This document shows positions 36,725-47,019 of a stretch of 64,000 bases of DNA, one piece after another; position 1 is the stretch's first letter, and the number at the start of each line of letters is the position of its first letter. The notes under the pieces are model-generated. The model did no database searches. It was not told the DNA's origin and worked only from the letters and a program-made list of their open reading frames with translations. Position numbers and translations under genes: made by a program. Origin of the DNA: an uncultured Oscillospiraceae bacterium (GTDB lineage Bacteria; Bacillota; Clostridia; Oscillospirales; Oscillospiraceae); the NCBI GenBank assembly GCA_964544505.1, contig CAZJCA010000002.1, positions 8,234 to 72,233 on the forward strand. The letters run 5' to 3'.

Positions 36725-38506
36725 ATGGTATTTGGTAAACACATCAACCGCTACTATCTGCGCTACGGTCTTCTGTTGCTGGCAGGTTTGGCGGCATTGT
36801 TCGCCGTGGACTATTTACAGCTGCTGATCCCCAACCTCTATCAGATGGTGCTAAACGGCATGGATAAGGGCTTTGTAGAAGTAGACGGTGTGACACGCGC
36901 CTTTGATATGGACTTTTTGCTGGATGAGATCTGCCTGCCGATGGCATTGATCATCATCGCCATTGTCTTTGGCAGATTTGCCTGGCGTGTGTGCATTTTT
37001 GGTGCCGCCACCAAAATGGAAAATGATTTAAGAGGCAAAATGTTTGCCCACTCCGAAAAACTCAGCCGGGAATACTACCAGGTCAACAAAGTCGGTGACC
37101 TGATGAGTCTGTACACCAACGATCTGGACACCGTGCAGGAGTGCTACGGCTGGGGCTTCATGCAATTCTTTGATGCCATTATTTTGGGCACCATGGCCAT
37201 CTACAAAATGTGGCAAATGGATCATCTTTTGACCATTCTTTCCATGATCCCCATGGTACTGCTGTTTGCCAGTGCTTCCGTTGTGGGTTCTGTGATGACG
37301 AAGAAATGGGATCGGCGACAGGAATGCTTCTCCCAGTTGTCCGACTTTTCTCAGGAAAGCTTTTCCGGCATTGCCGTTATCAAGGCATTTGTCAAGGAAA
37401 CCAAAGAATTGCTGGCCTTTAAAAAGCTGAATGTGGAGAACGAGGATGCGAACATCGATTTCACAAAAACCAGCGTGCTGATGCGCATTCTGGTCACCAG
37501 CTTTGTGGAAAGTGTCATCTGCGTCATCTTAGGCTACGGCGGCTATCTCGTCTACAAAGGTAGCTTCAACGCCGGTCAGCTGATGGAGTTTATCGGCTAC
37601 TTCAATGCTGTGGTGTGGCCTATTATGGCTGTGTCGGAACTGATCGATATGCACTCCCGTGGCAAGGCTTCTTTGAAGCGTATCAGTGAACTGCTGGATG
37701 CTCCCATCGATGTCAAGGACAGAGAAGATGCTGCTCCCCTTCTGGATATCAAGGGCGATATTGAGTTCCGCAACCTCAGCTTCCGCTACCCCGACGGCGA
37801 ATTTGACGCCCTGGAAAATGTGTCTTTCACCATCCACGCCGGTGAAAATGTGGGACTTGTGGGCAAGACCGGCTGCGGCAAGACCACCTTGGTGGATCTG
37901 ATCCTGCGTACTTACAATGTGCCCGACGGCACACTGTTTATCGACGGTCACGATGTCAACAGCATCACCATCCGCTCTGTCCGGGACGGCTGCGCCTATG
38001 TGCCCCAGGATAACTTCCTGTTCTCCGACACCATCGAAAACAACATCGGTTTCGGTGTGGACGAGCTGAACCACAGTTCTGTGATCAAAGCTGCGGAAAT
38101 GGCGGATATCCACTCCAACATTTCTGAATTCCAGCTGGGCTACGGCACCGTGCTCGGTGAGCGTGGTGTCACCGTCTCCGGCGGTCAGAAACAGCGCATT
38201 TCCATTGCAAGAGCCTTGATGAAGGACTCCCCCATTCTGATCCTGGACGACAGCGTTTCCGCCGTTGACACCAAGACGGAAACCACCATTTTGCACAATC
38301 TGCGCCAGACTCGCCAGGGCAAGACCACCATTTTGATCGCCCACCGGATCTCCACCATCGAAAAGATGGATAAGATCCTGTTTATGGACGACGGCAAGGT
38401 GGTTGCCTACGGCACCCACCAATACCTGTACGAAACCAACCCCGACTATCGCAAGATGGTCGATCTGCAAAAGCTGGAAGAGGAAGGAGGCGAGCATAAT
38501 GCGTGA
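36725..38506 (+). CDS. Heterodimeric ABC exporter, subunit 1 (TMD+NBD)
   Basis: 6 TM helices, GKTGCGKT, VSGGQ, degenerate Walker B LILDD. Confidence 0.93.
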   Translation: MVFGKHINRYYLRYGLLLLAGLAALFAVDYLQLLIPNLYQMVLNGMDKGFVEVDGVTRAFDMDFLLDEICLPMALIIIAIVFGRFAWRVCIFGAATKMENDLRGKMFAHSEKLSREYYQVNKVGDLMSLYTNDLDTVQECYGWGFMQFFDAIILGTMAIYKMWQMDHLLTILSMIPMVLLFASASVVGSVMTKKWDRRQECFSQLSDFSQESFSGIAVIKAFVKETKELLAFKKLNVENEDANIDFTKTSVLMRILVTSFVESVICVILGYGGYLVYKGSFNAGQLMEFIGYFNAVVWPIMAVSELIDMHSRGKASLKRISELLDAPIDVKDREDAAPLLDIKGDIEFRNLSFRYPDGEFDALENVSFTIHAGENVGLVGKTGCGKTTLVDLILRTYNVPDGTLFIDGHDVNSITIRSVRDGCAYVPQDNFLFSDTIENNIGFGVDELNHSSVIKAAEMADIHSNISEFQLGYGTVLGERGVTVSGGQKQRISIARALMKDSPILILDDSVSAVDTKTETTILHNLRQTRQGKTTILIAHRISTIEKMDKILFMDDGKVVAYGTHQYLYETNPDYRKMVDLQKLEEEGGEHNA

Positions 38507-40388
38507 GTATCTGCCTCTGATCATCTGCGGTGCCATCATCGGCGCATTTACCATCATCTTTGTCATCGCTTACCTGGCTCTGAAAAACCGGATAACGACC
38601 GACCACAAAGACCGTCACATGGAAGACGGTGAACTGATCCGCCGTCTGGTCAGCTATGCCAAGCCTTACGGTAAGGAGTTTTTGATCATTCTCTGCATTA
38701 TGATCTTCTCCATCGTGTTTGATGTATGCTCTCCCCTGCTGATCTCCCAAATCAAACTGGTCATCAAAGATGCCGGTTTTGAACTGAACGACCTGTTCCT
38801 GTATGTGGGCATTTATGCCGCTATTCTGGTCGTCAGTATGATCTGCACCTATTTTCAGGCGCTGATTTTGCAAAAGATCGGTCAGAAGATCCTGTCCCAG
38901 ATCCGTCTGGACACCTTTACCCACATTGAGCAGCTTTCCCACGAGCAGCTCAACCACATTCCCGTGGGCAAGCTGGTCACAAGAGTCAGCAACGACCCCA
39001 ACTCCATCAGCTATCTGTTTACCAACATTCTGGTGACCCTGGTAAAAAACTCCATGGTCATCGTAGGTGTGCTGGGTGCCATGCTGGTGCTCAACTACGC
39101 ACTGACACTGATGGTGCTGTGCTTCGTGCCCTTCCTCATCATCTTCACTCTGGTTTTCCAGAAATTCTCCCGGCATGTCCATCGTCAGGTGACCAATACC
39201 CGAACAGATCTGAACACCTTCCTGTCGGAAAACCTGTCCGGCATGAAGATCACCCAGATCTTCAACCGAGAAGAGCAGAAAAACGCTGATTTTAACGAGC
39301 GCAGCAACAAAATGCAGAAGGCCAAGATGAACAGAATGTATGTCTTCGGTATCTTCCGCCCCATGGTGTATATGCTCTATGTCAGCTCCAACCTGTTCCT
39401 GTTCTACTTTGCCTGCAAGGGCTATATCCAGAACACCACATTCCTGGGCACAGTCATCACTTCTGAAACTGTGGTTGCATTCTATATGTATATCTCCCGG
39501 TTCTTTAACCCCATTCAGGCTTTGGCTGAGCAGTTTGATATGCTGGAACAGTCCTTTGCTTCCGCTGAAAAAATCTTCACCATCATCGACATGGTGCCGG
39601 AAGTGGTGGACGAAGAGGATGCCATCGAGCTGGATGAGATCAAGGGTGAAATTGAGTTTCGGGATGTCTGGTTTGCCTACAAGCCCGATGAATGGGTACT
39701 GCAAGGCGTTTCTTTCCATGTGCTGCCCAAGCAGACTGTGGCCTTTGTGGGTTCCACCGGCTCCGGCAAGACCACAATTCTGAGTCTGATCTGCCGCAAC
39801 TACGATATTCAAAAGGGTCAGATCCTGATTGACGGTATTGATATCAAGAAGATCAAAATTTCTTCCCTGCGCCGTCATTTTGGTCAGATGCTTCAGGATG
39901 TATTCCTGTTCTCCGGCGACATCCGCAGCAATATTCTGCTGCGGATGGACGGTGTTTCCGACGAGGAAGTGATGGAAGCCTGCCGCTATGTCAATGCAGA
40001 CTCCTTCATCAACAAGCTGGAAAAGGGTCTTAATGAGCCTGTTCGTGAGCGAGGTAACAACTTCTCCGCCGGTCAGCGACAGCTGCTGAGCTTTGCCCGT
40101 ACCATCATCCACAAACCCAGCGTGATGATTTTGGACGAGGCTACTGCCAATATCGATACGGAAACAGAAGTGCTGATCCAGGACTCTCTGGAAAAGATGA
40201 AAAACATCGGCACCATGCTGATCGTTGCCCATCGGCTGTCCACCATCCAGCATGCGGACAACATCATTCTCCTGTCCCACGGTCAGATCATGGAGCAGGG
40301 CAACCACCAGCAGCTGCTGGCGAAGAAAGGCCGCTACTACGACCTGTACACCCTGCAATTTAACAAGCAGCAGCTACTCAACAACTAA
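38499..40388 (+). CDS. Heterodimeric ABC exporter, subunit 2 (TMD+NBD)
   Basis: Start re-called at MREYLPL; GSTGSGKT, FSAGQ, ILDEAT, AHRLST. Confidence 0.93.
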   Translation: MREYLPLIICGAIIGAFTIIFVIAYLALKNRITTDHKDRHMEDGELIRRLVSYAKPYGKEFLIILCIMIFSIVFDVCSPLLISQIKLVIKDAGFELNDLFLYVGIYAAILVVSMICTYFQALILQKIGQKILSQIRLDTFTHIEQLSHEQLNHIPVGKLVTRVSNDPNSISYLFTNILVTLVKNSMVIVGVLGAMLVLNYALTLMVLCFVPFLIIFTLVFQKFSRHVHRQVTNTRTDLNTFLSENLSGMKITQIFNREEQKNADFNERSNKMQKAKMNRMYVFGIFRPMVYMLYVSSNLFLFYFACKGYIQNTTFLGTVITSETVVAFYMYISRFFNPIQALAEQFDMLEQSFASAEKIFTIIDMVPEVVDEEDAIELDEIKGEIEFRDVWFAYKPDEWVLQGVSFHVLPKQTVAFVGSTGSGKTTILSLICRNYDIQKGQILIDGIDIKKIKISSLRRHFGQMLQDVFLFSGDIRSNILLRMDGVSDEEVMEACRYVNADSFINKLEKGLNEPVRERGNNFSAGQRQLLSFARTIIHKPSVMILDEATANIDTETEVLIQDSLEKMKNIGTMLIVAHRLSTIQHADNIILLSHGQIMEQGNHQQLLAKKGRYYDLYTLQFNKQQLLNN

Positions 40389-40391
40389 GCA

Positions 40392-40423
40392 AAGGAGCGC
40401 AGCGAAAATTCGCTGCGCTCCTT
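40392..40423. terminator. Terminator between the ABC genes and guanine deaminase
   Basis: AAGGAGCGCAGCGAA-AA-TTCGCTGCGCTCCTT. Confidence 0.8.
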
Positions 40424-40436
40424 ATTTTTATCAGTT

Positions 40437-41705
40437 TTAAAAAATTTTTCTGCCTTCTACAAACTTGGCCTGCAAGGATGCTCTTCCCTGCTCCAGATAT
40501 GCAAATCGTTCCAGCCGCTGTTTGGGGTCAAAGTTGCTCCAATGGGGCATATTTTCCTCATTCAGCACCAGTGCATCAAAGGCATAGCCCCTTTCAAAAG
40601 AGCCAACTTTCCCAAAGAATGCACCGCCGCCCAGGGTCGCCAAATAAAAGGCTTCCTCAAAGCACAGCGCCTTGCAGTTTTCGTCCACCAGCCGCCAATA
40701 GAGCTTGGAGACCTGGATTGCATCTGCCATGGCATGGAAGATAGAGTCGCTGTGACCACCTGCCACATCGCTACCCAAGCCTACACGAAGGCCCTTTTCC
40801 AAATACTTGCGGATGGGTGCAATGCCGGAAGAAAGATCTGTGTTGGATGCCGGACAGTGGGCCAAAAATGCGCCACTTTCCTTGAGCAGATGCACTTCCT
40901 CCTCAGAAGAATAGACACAATGCGCCATAATGGTATTGCCGTTCATCATGCCATAGCGATCATAGCAGTGACCATAGGTAGGCTCTTCCGGGAACAGTTC
41001 CTTCACGAAGGCGATCTCGCCGGGGTTTTCCGACAAATGGGACTGAACAGGCAAGCCGTAGTCTTTTCTGATCTTTCCCAGTTTTTCCAGCAGCGGACGG
41101 GAGCAGCTGGGAATAAACCGGGGGGTCAAAATGGGCTTGGTATGCCGGAACTTTTCGGCGGTATCTTCCAGCCACTGCAAGGTAGCTTCTGCAGAAGCCT
41201 CCGGGCTTTCCTCAATAAGGATCTCCGGGCCGTTCTGATCCATATTCACCTTGCCCACAAAGCTGACAATACCGACGCTTTCCAGCTTTTCCATGAGGAT
41301 CTCCGTGGCAGGGGTATGCCGTGTGCCAAAGACCACCGCCCGGGTGGTAGCACTGTTTTTCATCTGCCGGGCAAAAATCTCATAGGCATTTTCAGCGTAT
41401 TTTTCATCGGCAAACCGGGCTTCCTCCGGAAAAGCCTGACTCTGAAGCCAATCCATCAGTTCCAAGTCCATGCCTGTGCCCCGGAAGGTATACTGGGGCG
41501 CATGGATGTGCAGATCCACCAGACCCGGCACGATCAGGCTGTTGCCATAGTCCAGCAGGGGCAGGTTTTCATATTCCGCCGGAAGGTTTTCAAACACACC
41601 TTGAGAAACTCCATCCACACAAACGGCATAGCAACTGGGGCAAATCTCCAACTGGGTCGGTGTTTTGCTGTAACAAATCGTTCCTTTAAGTACAAAAGAT
41701 TCCAT
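40437..41705 (-). CDS. guaD: Guanine deaminase (amidohydrolase family)
   Basis: PGLVDLHIHAPQY, TPRFIPSC, QSHLSEN, MAHC, GLGSDVAGG; start re-called at MESFVLKG. Confidence 0.85.
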   Translation of the reverse strand: MESFVLKGTICYSKTPTQLEICPSCYAVCVDGVSQGVFENLPAEYENLPLLDYGNSLIVPGLVDLHIHAPQYTFRGTGMDLELMDWLQSQAFPEEARFADEKYAENAYEIFARQMKNSATTRAVVFGTRHTPATEILMEKLESVGIVSFVGKVNMDQNGPEILIEESPEASAEATLQWLEDTAEKFRHTKPILTPRFIPSCSRPLLEKLGKIRKDYGLPVQSHLSENPGEIAFVKELFPEEPTYGHCYDRYGMMNGNTIMAHCVYSSEEEVHLLKESGAFLAHCPASNTDLSSGIAPIRKYLEKGLRVGLGSDVAGGHSDSIFHAMADAIQVSKLYWRLVDENCKALCFEEAFYLATLGGGAFFGKVGSFERGYAFDALVLNEENMPHWSNFDPKQRLERFAYLEQGRASLQAKFVEGRKIF

Positions 41706-41730
41706 ATATATATCTCTCCCGGGACACCCT

Positions 41731-42882
41731 TTAGGGTGTTCCCATATCAAATGTAATAACGGTGTAATATTTTCCCGGCTCTGCTTTCAACAGGTCTTCA
41801 TCCAGCTTTTGCTGAATATCCTTCTGATCCTGCATCCGTTCCGGCGGCAGTTCCACATCAAAGATCAAATTGCTGTGGCCTTGCCCACGAACCATGCGAA
41901 AATCGTGGATACCGATGCGTTCATCCTGCTTTTTCAGCAGCCGTTCCACAACACTGCGAATGCGATCCATCTCTTCGTCCCCGGTGACTACCGGATCGTA
42001 GTGAATGATCAGATGCACACGAAGCTGCTCCAAACAGGCTCGCTCCAAATTGTCGATCAGCTCGTGGCAGAAAAGTGGATCCGCTTTCTGATCCATTTCC
42101 ACATGCATGCTTGCAAAGCGCTGACCGGGGCCATAGTCATGAACCATCAGGTCATGGTAACCCAGCACCTGGGGCACGCTTCCTACCAGCTGGGCAATTT
42201 CTTCACGCAGCTCCGGGCTGGCATTTTCGCCCAGCAAAGGACTGATGGTTTCCTTCGCCAGCTGAGCGCCGCTATACAGGATGAACAGGGCAACGATCAG
42301 ACCCATCCAGCCATCGATCTTCCAACCGAAAGCCGTGCCTACAACGCCTGCCAGCAGCACCGCAGCGGTGGAAATCGCATCATTGCGGCTGTCCGCCGCT
42401 GTTGCCAACAGGGTGGTAGAATTTACTTTTTTCCCCAGGTAACGGTTAAATGCGCTCATCCACAGCTTGATCAGAACGGATGCTACCAGTACCACGCACA
42501 CGGGGATGCTGAACAGAACATCCGTAGGATGGATGATTTTTTCAATGGAGGTTTTGGCCAGTTCAAAGCCAATGACCACGATCAAGCCTGCCACCGCCAG
42601 CCCGGAAAGGTATTCATACCGGGCGTGACCATAGGGATGATCGGCATCGGCAGGTTTTTCTGCCAGCTTAAAGCCCACCAGCGTCACCACCGCACTGGTG
42701 GCATCGGACAGGTTATTCATGGCATCGGCGGTAATGGAAACTGCGCCGGACAGCGTACCCACCGCCAGTTTAAAGCCAAACAGCAGCAGATTACACACAA
42801 TGCCCACAATACCGGAAAGCTTGCCGATCGCACCTCGATCCGAGGCATCCTTTGTAAATAACCGCAGCAATAATTTCGTCAG
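41731..42882 (-). CDS. Cation diffusion facilitator (CDF) transporter; probable CTG start
   Basis: ADAMNNLSD, ADADHPYGHARYEY, DSRND, HDYGPG; RBS GGGAGGGG 6 nt before CTG 42882. Confidence 0.88.
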   Translation of the reverse strand: MTKLLLRLFTKDASDRGAIGKLSGIVGIVCNLLLFGFKLAVGTLSGAVSITADAMNNLSDATSAVVTLVGFKLAEKPADADHPYGHARYEYLSGLAVAGLIVVIGFELAKTSIEKIIHPTDVLFSIPVCVVLVASVLIKLWMSAFNRYLGKKVNSTTLLATAADSRNDAISTAAVLLAGVVGTAFGWKIDGWMGLIVALFILYSGAQLAKETISPLLGENASPELREEIAQLVGSVPQVLGYHDLMVHDYGPGQRFASMHVEMDQKADPLFCHELIDNLERACLEQLRVHLIIHYDPVVTGDEEMDRIRSVVERLLKKQDERIGIHDFRMVRGQGHSNLIFDVELPPERMQDQKDIQQKLDEDLLKAEPGKYYTVITFDMGTP

Positions 42883-42951
42883 AACGATCCCCTCCCTTTT
42901 CTCAAACCGATTTATTATATCACACAGGGATCCGTTTTGCAACCGAAAGAA

Positions 42952-43040
42952 AATCCCCACCGCCGCAGCGGTGGGGATTTGGCTGTGATTTCCATAGGAT
43001 CCTGTTTATACTACAAAGGGTCGCTCCGAAGAGCGACCCT
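42952..43040 (-). terminator. Two hairpins downstream of the 43088 lipoprotein gene
   Basis: AATCCCCACCGC/GCGGTGGGGATT and AGGGTCGCTC-CGAA-GAGCGACCCT. Confidence 0.65.
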
Positions 43041-43087
43041 AAAATGTAGAGAAATAAAGTTATGCAGTATGATCAGTATATCAGTGA

Positions 43088-44644
43088 TTACTCCGCATAA
43101 GTGATCTCGATTGCGATAATCCGCACATGGGCACTGATCTTGCTTTCAGGATCGGTCTTACCAACACCAAAAGTCACCGTATTGGCATTGACTTCAATGG
43201 CAGCACCAGACTCGTACATTGCGCCATTGCAAGTCAGGCGCTCAATATCCTTGTCTTTATTGACATCATAAGTAACCTTGACAGAAGCAATCTTCTTGTC
43301 GGAGGTCAGAGTGAATGTAGCATTCTCGGAGCCATACAGTCTCCAAGTGTCCTTGCCGTCATCACTGAGGTAGAACTTACCGGAGTTCTCGCCATAGGTG
43401 CCAACAGCGGTGCAGTCGATAACAACAGTCAAACCTTCCTTAATGGTCACGGTCTTATACTGCTTGCCGTTGGACCAGCTATTCTCCTTACCAAAGCCGC
43501 CAACATTGAAAGTCAGCGTGTTGCCATTTTCAGTCAGAGCAGGATACTCAACGCGCACAACAGGCTCATGGCCTTCGGCCAGAGTGTAGCTAACCAAAGT
43601 ACACTTGTTCAGCTCGATGATACCACCATAGTTCTGGAACTGGTTGCTGGAAACAGTCATGGTATCGTCGACCTGCAGATTGTGAACATAGTCACCGCTG
43701 ACCTTGAAGCACAGAACCTCACGGTTCTTGCTGTCGCCGGTAACTTTAATAGTGATCTTGTAAGCGCTGCCGCCATAGATGGTCTCGATCTTGGTGATAA
43801 CGCCGGTCAACTTAAATTCGCCATCCCAAGTTGCGCCGTCTGCCAGAGCAAAAGCCTTGTCCAGGATCTCTTCAACAGTGCCGGTAGCAACATTGTCGTT
43901 CTTGTTATCGTCCTTGTTGTTATCGTCTTTATTGTCGTCCTTTACTTCCTGCTCACTGTACATCCGAGCCTGAAACTGGCTGACACCTGCATTTTCAGCG
44001 TTGATGTAAGAAGTCTTGGACACGCTGATGGTGGCAAAATCCTTGTAGCTGCCCATGTAGTAGTCAGTGCCTTCGTGGTTATTAACCAGAATGTGCAATT
44101 CAGCATTATAGGTAAACACAGCGGCCTTTGTGGCATCGGTAACCAGAGTCATACCAACTGTTGCATTGCCCTTGCTGCTTGTATAGGGCTCCAGTGCCAA
44201 GTAGGTCTTGGTGTCACCTTTCTTGATATACAGCTTGTAGCCGCCATCAACAACTTCGGCATAAACATCCACTGCCTCAGCAATATTTTCGGTAGTAGCC
44301 AGGAAGTGCTCGTTGGCGATTTCGCCATTGAAGTACAGTGTTTTCTTAAGGGTGATCTGATTCATACCGAACTTGTAAGCGGTATCCGCCTGGGGCGCAC
44401 CGTCAACGGGCTGGTAGGAAACATTGGGCTTCGGGGTCTCGCTGGGTTGGGTTGTGGAAGGTGCGGTTGTACCAGAAGGGGCAGTCGTACCAGAAGGGGC
44501 AGTCGTACCAGAAGGGGCATTGGTAGATGTACCAGGATTTTCAGAGGATTCTGTTGTGGGCGAACAAGCTGCAAACAGCATGCTCATCACCAGAGCAATC
44601 GCCAGCACGGCAACAACGGTCGATTTCTTTTTAGCAAGCTTCAT
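43088..44644 (-). CDS. Multi-domain lipoprotein with T/P/S linker and an OB-fold-like domain
   Basis: Lipobox FAAC, APSGTT repeats, KDDN repeats, LTGVITKI...LQVDDTMTV...NYGGIIEL. Confidence 0.75.
   Translation of the reverse strand: MKLAKKKSTVVAVLAIALVMSMLFAACSPTTESSENPGTSTNAPSGTTAPSGTTAPSGTTAPSTTQPSETPKPNVSYQPVDGAPQADTAYKFGMNQITLKKTLYFNGEIANEHFLATTENIAEAVDVYAEVVDGGYKLYIKKGDTKTYLALEPYTSSKGNATVGMTLVTDATKAAVFTYNAELHILVNNHEGTDYYMGSYKDFATISVSKTSYINAENAGVSQFQARMYSEQEVKDDNKDDNNKDDNKNDNVATGTVEEILDKAFALADGATWDGEFKLTGVITKIETIYGGSAYKITIKVTGDSKNREVLCFKVSGDYVHNLQVDDTMTVSSNQFQNYGGIIELNKCTLVSYTLAEGHEPVVRVEYPALTENGNTLTFNVGGFGKENSWSNGKQYKTVTIKEGLTVVIDCTAVGTYGENSGKFYLSDDGKDTWRLYGSENATFTLTSDKKIASVKVTYDVNKDKDIERLTCNGAMYESGAAIEVNANTVTFGVGKTDPESKISAHVRIIAIEITYAE
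44469..44519 (-). repeat. 18-bp tandem repeat x~3 (APSGTT linker)
   Basis: GTACCAGAAGGGGCAGTC repeated. Confidence 0.9.
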
Positions 44645-44804
44645 AAAGTATTTCTCCGCCTTTCATAATTTAAGGATGCTGCTGCGCCCAAAGATCAGCT
44701 TCGGAGCGCAACACCCTTCTTCCGTTGACTATTATAGACATCCATTCTACCTTTCGTCAACCTATAAAACACATTTTTTCTCTTTTTTCTGCAAAATTTG
44801 CAGT

Positions 44805-46877
44805 TTAAGCGCCAAAATTGCAGTTGTTAACAATTTTGGTTCCGTCAGCAGTAGTGATGGACAGGATGCATCCGGGGTAGCTACCCTTGCTGCTCCAGTT
44901 ACAGGGAACCAGTTCGATGGTCACTTCCTGTCCGATATAAGGCTTCAGGAAGTCATACTGCTTACCGCTGCTGCAGTACAGCATAACAGTGGTGTCACCA
45001 TCGGTCAGATCGTAACGGGTGAAGAATTTATTGTCAACGAACTGAATGGTTGCCTTGACAACATAAACCTCTGTGGTATGGTCTTTATTTACATCCAGCG
45101 CTGCAAAGTCAGCCAGAGTCTTGTCTGTGATGAAATTGGAAGTATCGTATTCATGCTCGCCGTAGTAGTTTGCCAAAACCACGGCGTCCTTCACACAGGT
45201 GGTACACCAGGTGGAGTCTTCCTTCTTACCGTCGAAGTCACGAATACCTTCGATGACCACTTCGTAGCCCAGCTTCAGGGTACCGATGGTCTCTGTATCG
45301 GTCAGCACAGCAATAATGCCGGTCTCATCAATGATGTAGAAGCCATTCTTGTTGACCAGAGAAGCGGCAATAATGCCACGAATGGTCACGGTCTCGCCCA
45401 AGTTGGAAGCAATGGCATCGGCAACGGTACCTGCATTGATCTGAGGTGCCATTTTTACTGTAATGGTCACGGTTTCTTCATAGCTTTTGCCATTATATTC
45501 GCCGGTAATGGTAATGGTTGCTTCACCGGAAGCCTTGCAGTGCATCACATTGTCCTCGATTGTGATCACATCGGTGTTGGAAGATGCATAGCTCAGTACA
45601 GCATTCTCAAAGCCCAGCAGTGCAGAAGAAACACTGGTCTGCAGCTTCAGAACAGGATCTCCGGAATAGGTGCTCAGGAACTGGGGCACACCGTAGTACT
45701 TAACAATATGCTCGGCGGTATCATTGGTATCAAACTTAAAGCCCTCATCTTCTACAGCCACAGGCAGGAAACGGTAATTACAGCCGGAGGCGGTGGACTT
45801 ACAGTTCAAGGGCATCAGATAAACAGTGCAGATTTTGCCGTCATACTGATCCAACCACTTAAAGTCAGAGCCGCTGTTCTGCGTATAAGTATAAGAACCG
45901 GTCTTGCCATCCAAATCGTCGATGTAATAGTTGATAAAGCCATTGCCGTCTTCACGAGTGATCAGTGCATTGACCTTATAAATAGTGGTGGTGATGTCAT
46001 TTGCCACAGGGTTGTCCATAATCTGCTTCACGGTAGACTCGGTGATCCAGCTTCTGTCAAAGGCATTGTTGCCATTGTCATTGGTCAGCAGTGTGGCGCT
46101 ATCGAGCTGATTGCAGCCTTTATAACCAAACTTATTGGCATTGGTCAATTCGGTCTCCAAAATCCACATGGTCTTGGAAGCAGCAACGCTGATCTTGTTG
46201 CCAACAGCCACACGGCCTGCCAGGTCGCCATCATAAATATAGATGGAGTTGGTGTTATCCACCAGCACAACGCCGTTGGGCTTCATGCCGTCTGCATAGG
46301 TGATGCGAGCAACAACGCCCTCCACTTTCACCTTTGCCCCCACCTCAGCCTTGCGAGCCTGATCGATGGTCATAGCAGTATAGTCTTCGGGATTGGTGTC
46401 CACCTTTGCCTTCTTAAAGTCGATCAGGCGGGCATTTTTCACTTCCTTAGTGCCGTTGAAATTCTGCAGGATGCAGTGCAGCAAAACGGTATCACCCTTG
46501 TAGGGCTTTTCTTCCAGTTCGGCATAGCCGACGGAACCATCTTTGCTGTAAGTACCATAAACAGAAATCTTGCCTGTTTCATCCTCAATGGTCATGGCAC
46601 CATACTGTGCATTGGTCACAGAAACCACAGTTGCTGCAATATAGTAGCGTTCCTCCGTCACATTGCCACTTTCGCCGCACAATTCCAGTGCTTTGGCAAT
46701 GGTGATTTTTTCGTACTTAGCCCAGGGATCTTCCTCAGGCTGCTCCGGCTGGTTACCGGTAGTACTCGGATTGGTAGTACCAGGCTTTTCAGTCGTGGTA
46801 GTGTCAGGATTTGCTACACAGGCCGCAAAGCTGCACAGCATTGCCACAACCAGCAAGAATGCGATGATTTTCTTCAT
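44805..46877 (-). CDS. Lipoprotein with several OB-fold-like domains and an Ig-like domain
   Basis: Lipobox FAAC; repeated T(I/V)..A....G..V...G.(V/I)....(I/L).D.TG.I pattern; YASSNTDVITI...GEATITIT Ig-like segment. Confidence 0.75.
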   Translation of the reverse strand: MKKIIAFLLVVAMLCSFAACVANPDTTTTEKPGTTNPSTTGNQPEQPEEDPWAKYEKITIAKALELCGESGNVTEERYYIAATVVSVTNAQYGAMTIEDETGKISVYGTYSKDGSVGYAELEEKPYKGDTVLLHCILQNFNGTKEVKNARLIDFKKAKVDTNPEDYTAMTIDQARKAEVGAKVKVEGVVARITYADGMKPNGVVLVDNTNSIYIYDGDLAGRVAVGNKISVAASKTMWILETELTNANKFGYKGCNQLDSATLLTNDNGNNAFDRSWITESTVKQIMDNPVANDITTTIYKVNALITREDGNGFINYYIDDLDGKTGSYTYTQNSGSDFKWLDQYDGKICTVYLMPLNCKSTASGCNYRFLPVAVEDEGFKFDTNDTAEHIVKYYGVPQFLSTYSGDPVLKLQTSVSSALLGFENAVLSYASSNTDVITIEDNVMHCKASGEATITITGEYNGKSYEETVTITVKMAPQINAGTVADAIASNLGETVTIRGIIAASLVNKNGFYIIDETGIIAVLTDTETIGTLKLGYEVVIEGIRDFDGKKEDSTWCTTCVKDAVVLANYYGEHEYDTSNFITDKTLADFAALDVNKDHTTEVYVVKATIQFVDNKFFTRYDLTDGDTTVMLYCSSGKQYDFLKPYIGQEVTIELVPCNWSSKGSYPGCILSITTADGTKIVNNCNFGA

Positions 46878-47019
46878 CTTGATTTGCTCCTTATTCTGTA
46901 TTTGGGGGGGCAGATTTTCTCAAACCTTACCTATTGTACCACCTTTTTTAAAAAATGCAATAGACAATTCGCCCAATATTTGGTAGAATAATTTTACTGA
47001 CAGAAGGAAAGGTATCACC

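Noticed and set aside
36725-40388. Degenerate Walker B (LILDD) and signature (FSAGQ) in the ABC pair
   Set aside because: Normal asymmetry of heterodimeric exporters with one degenerate site
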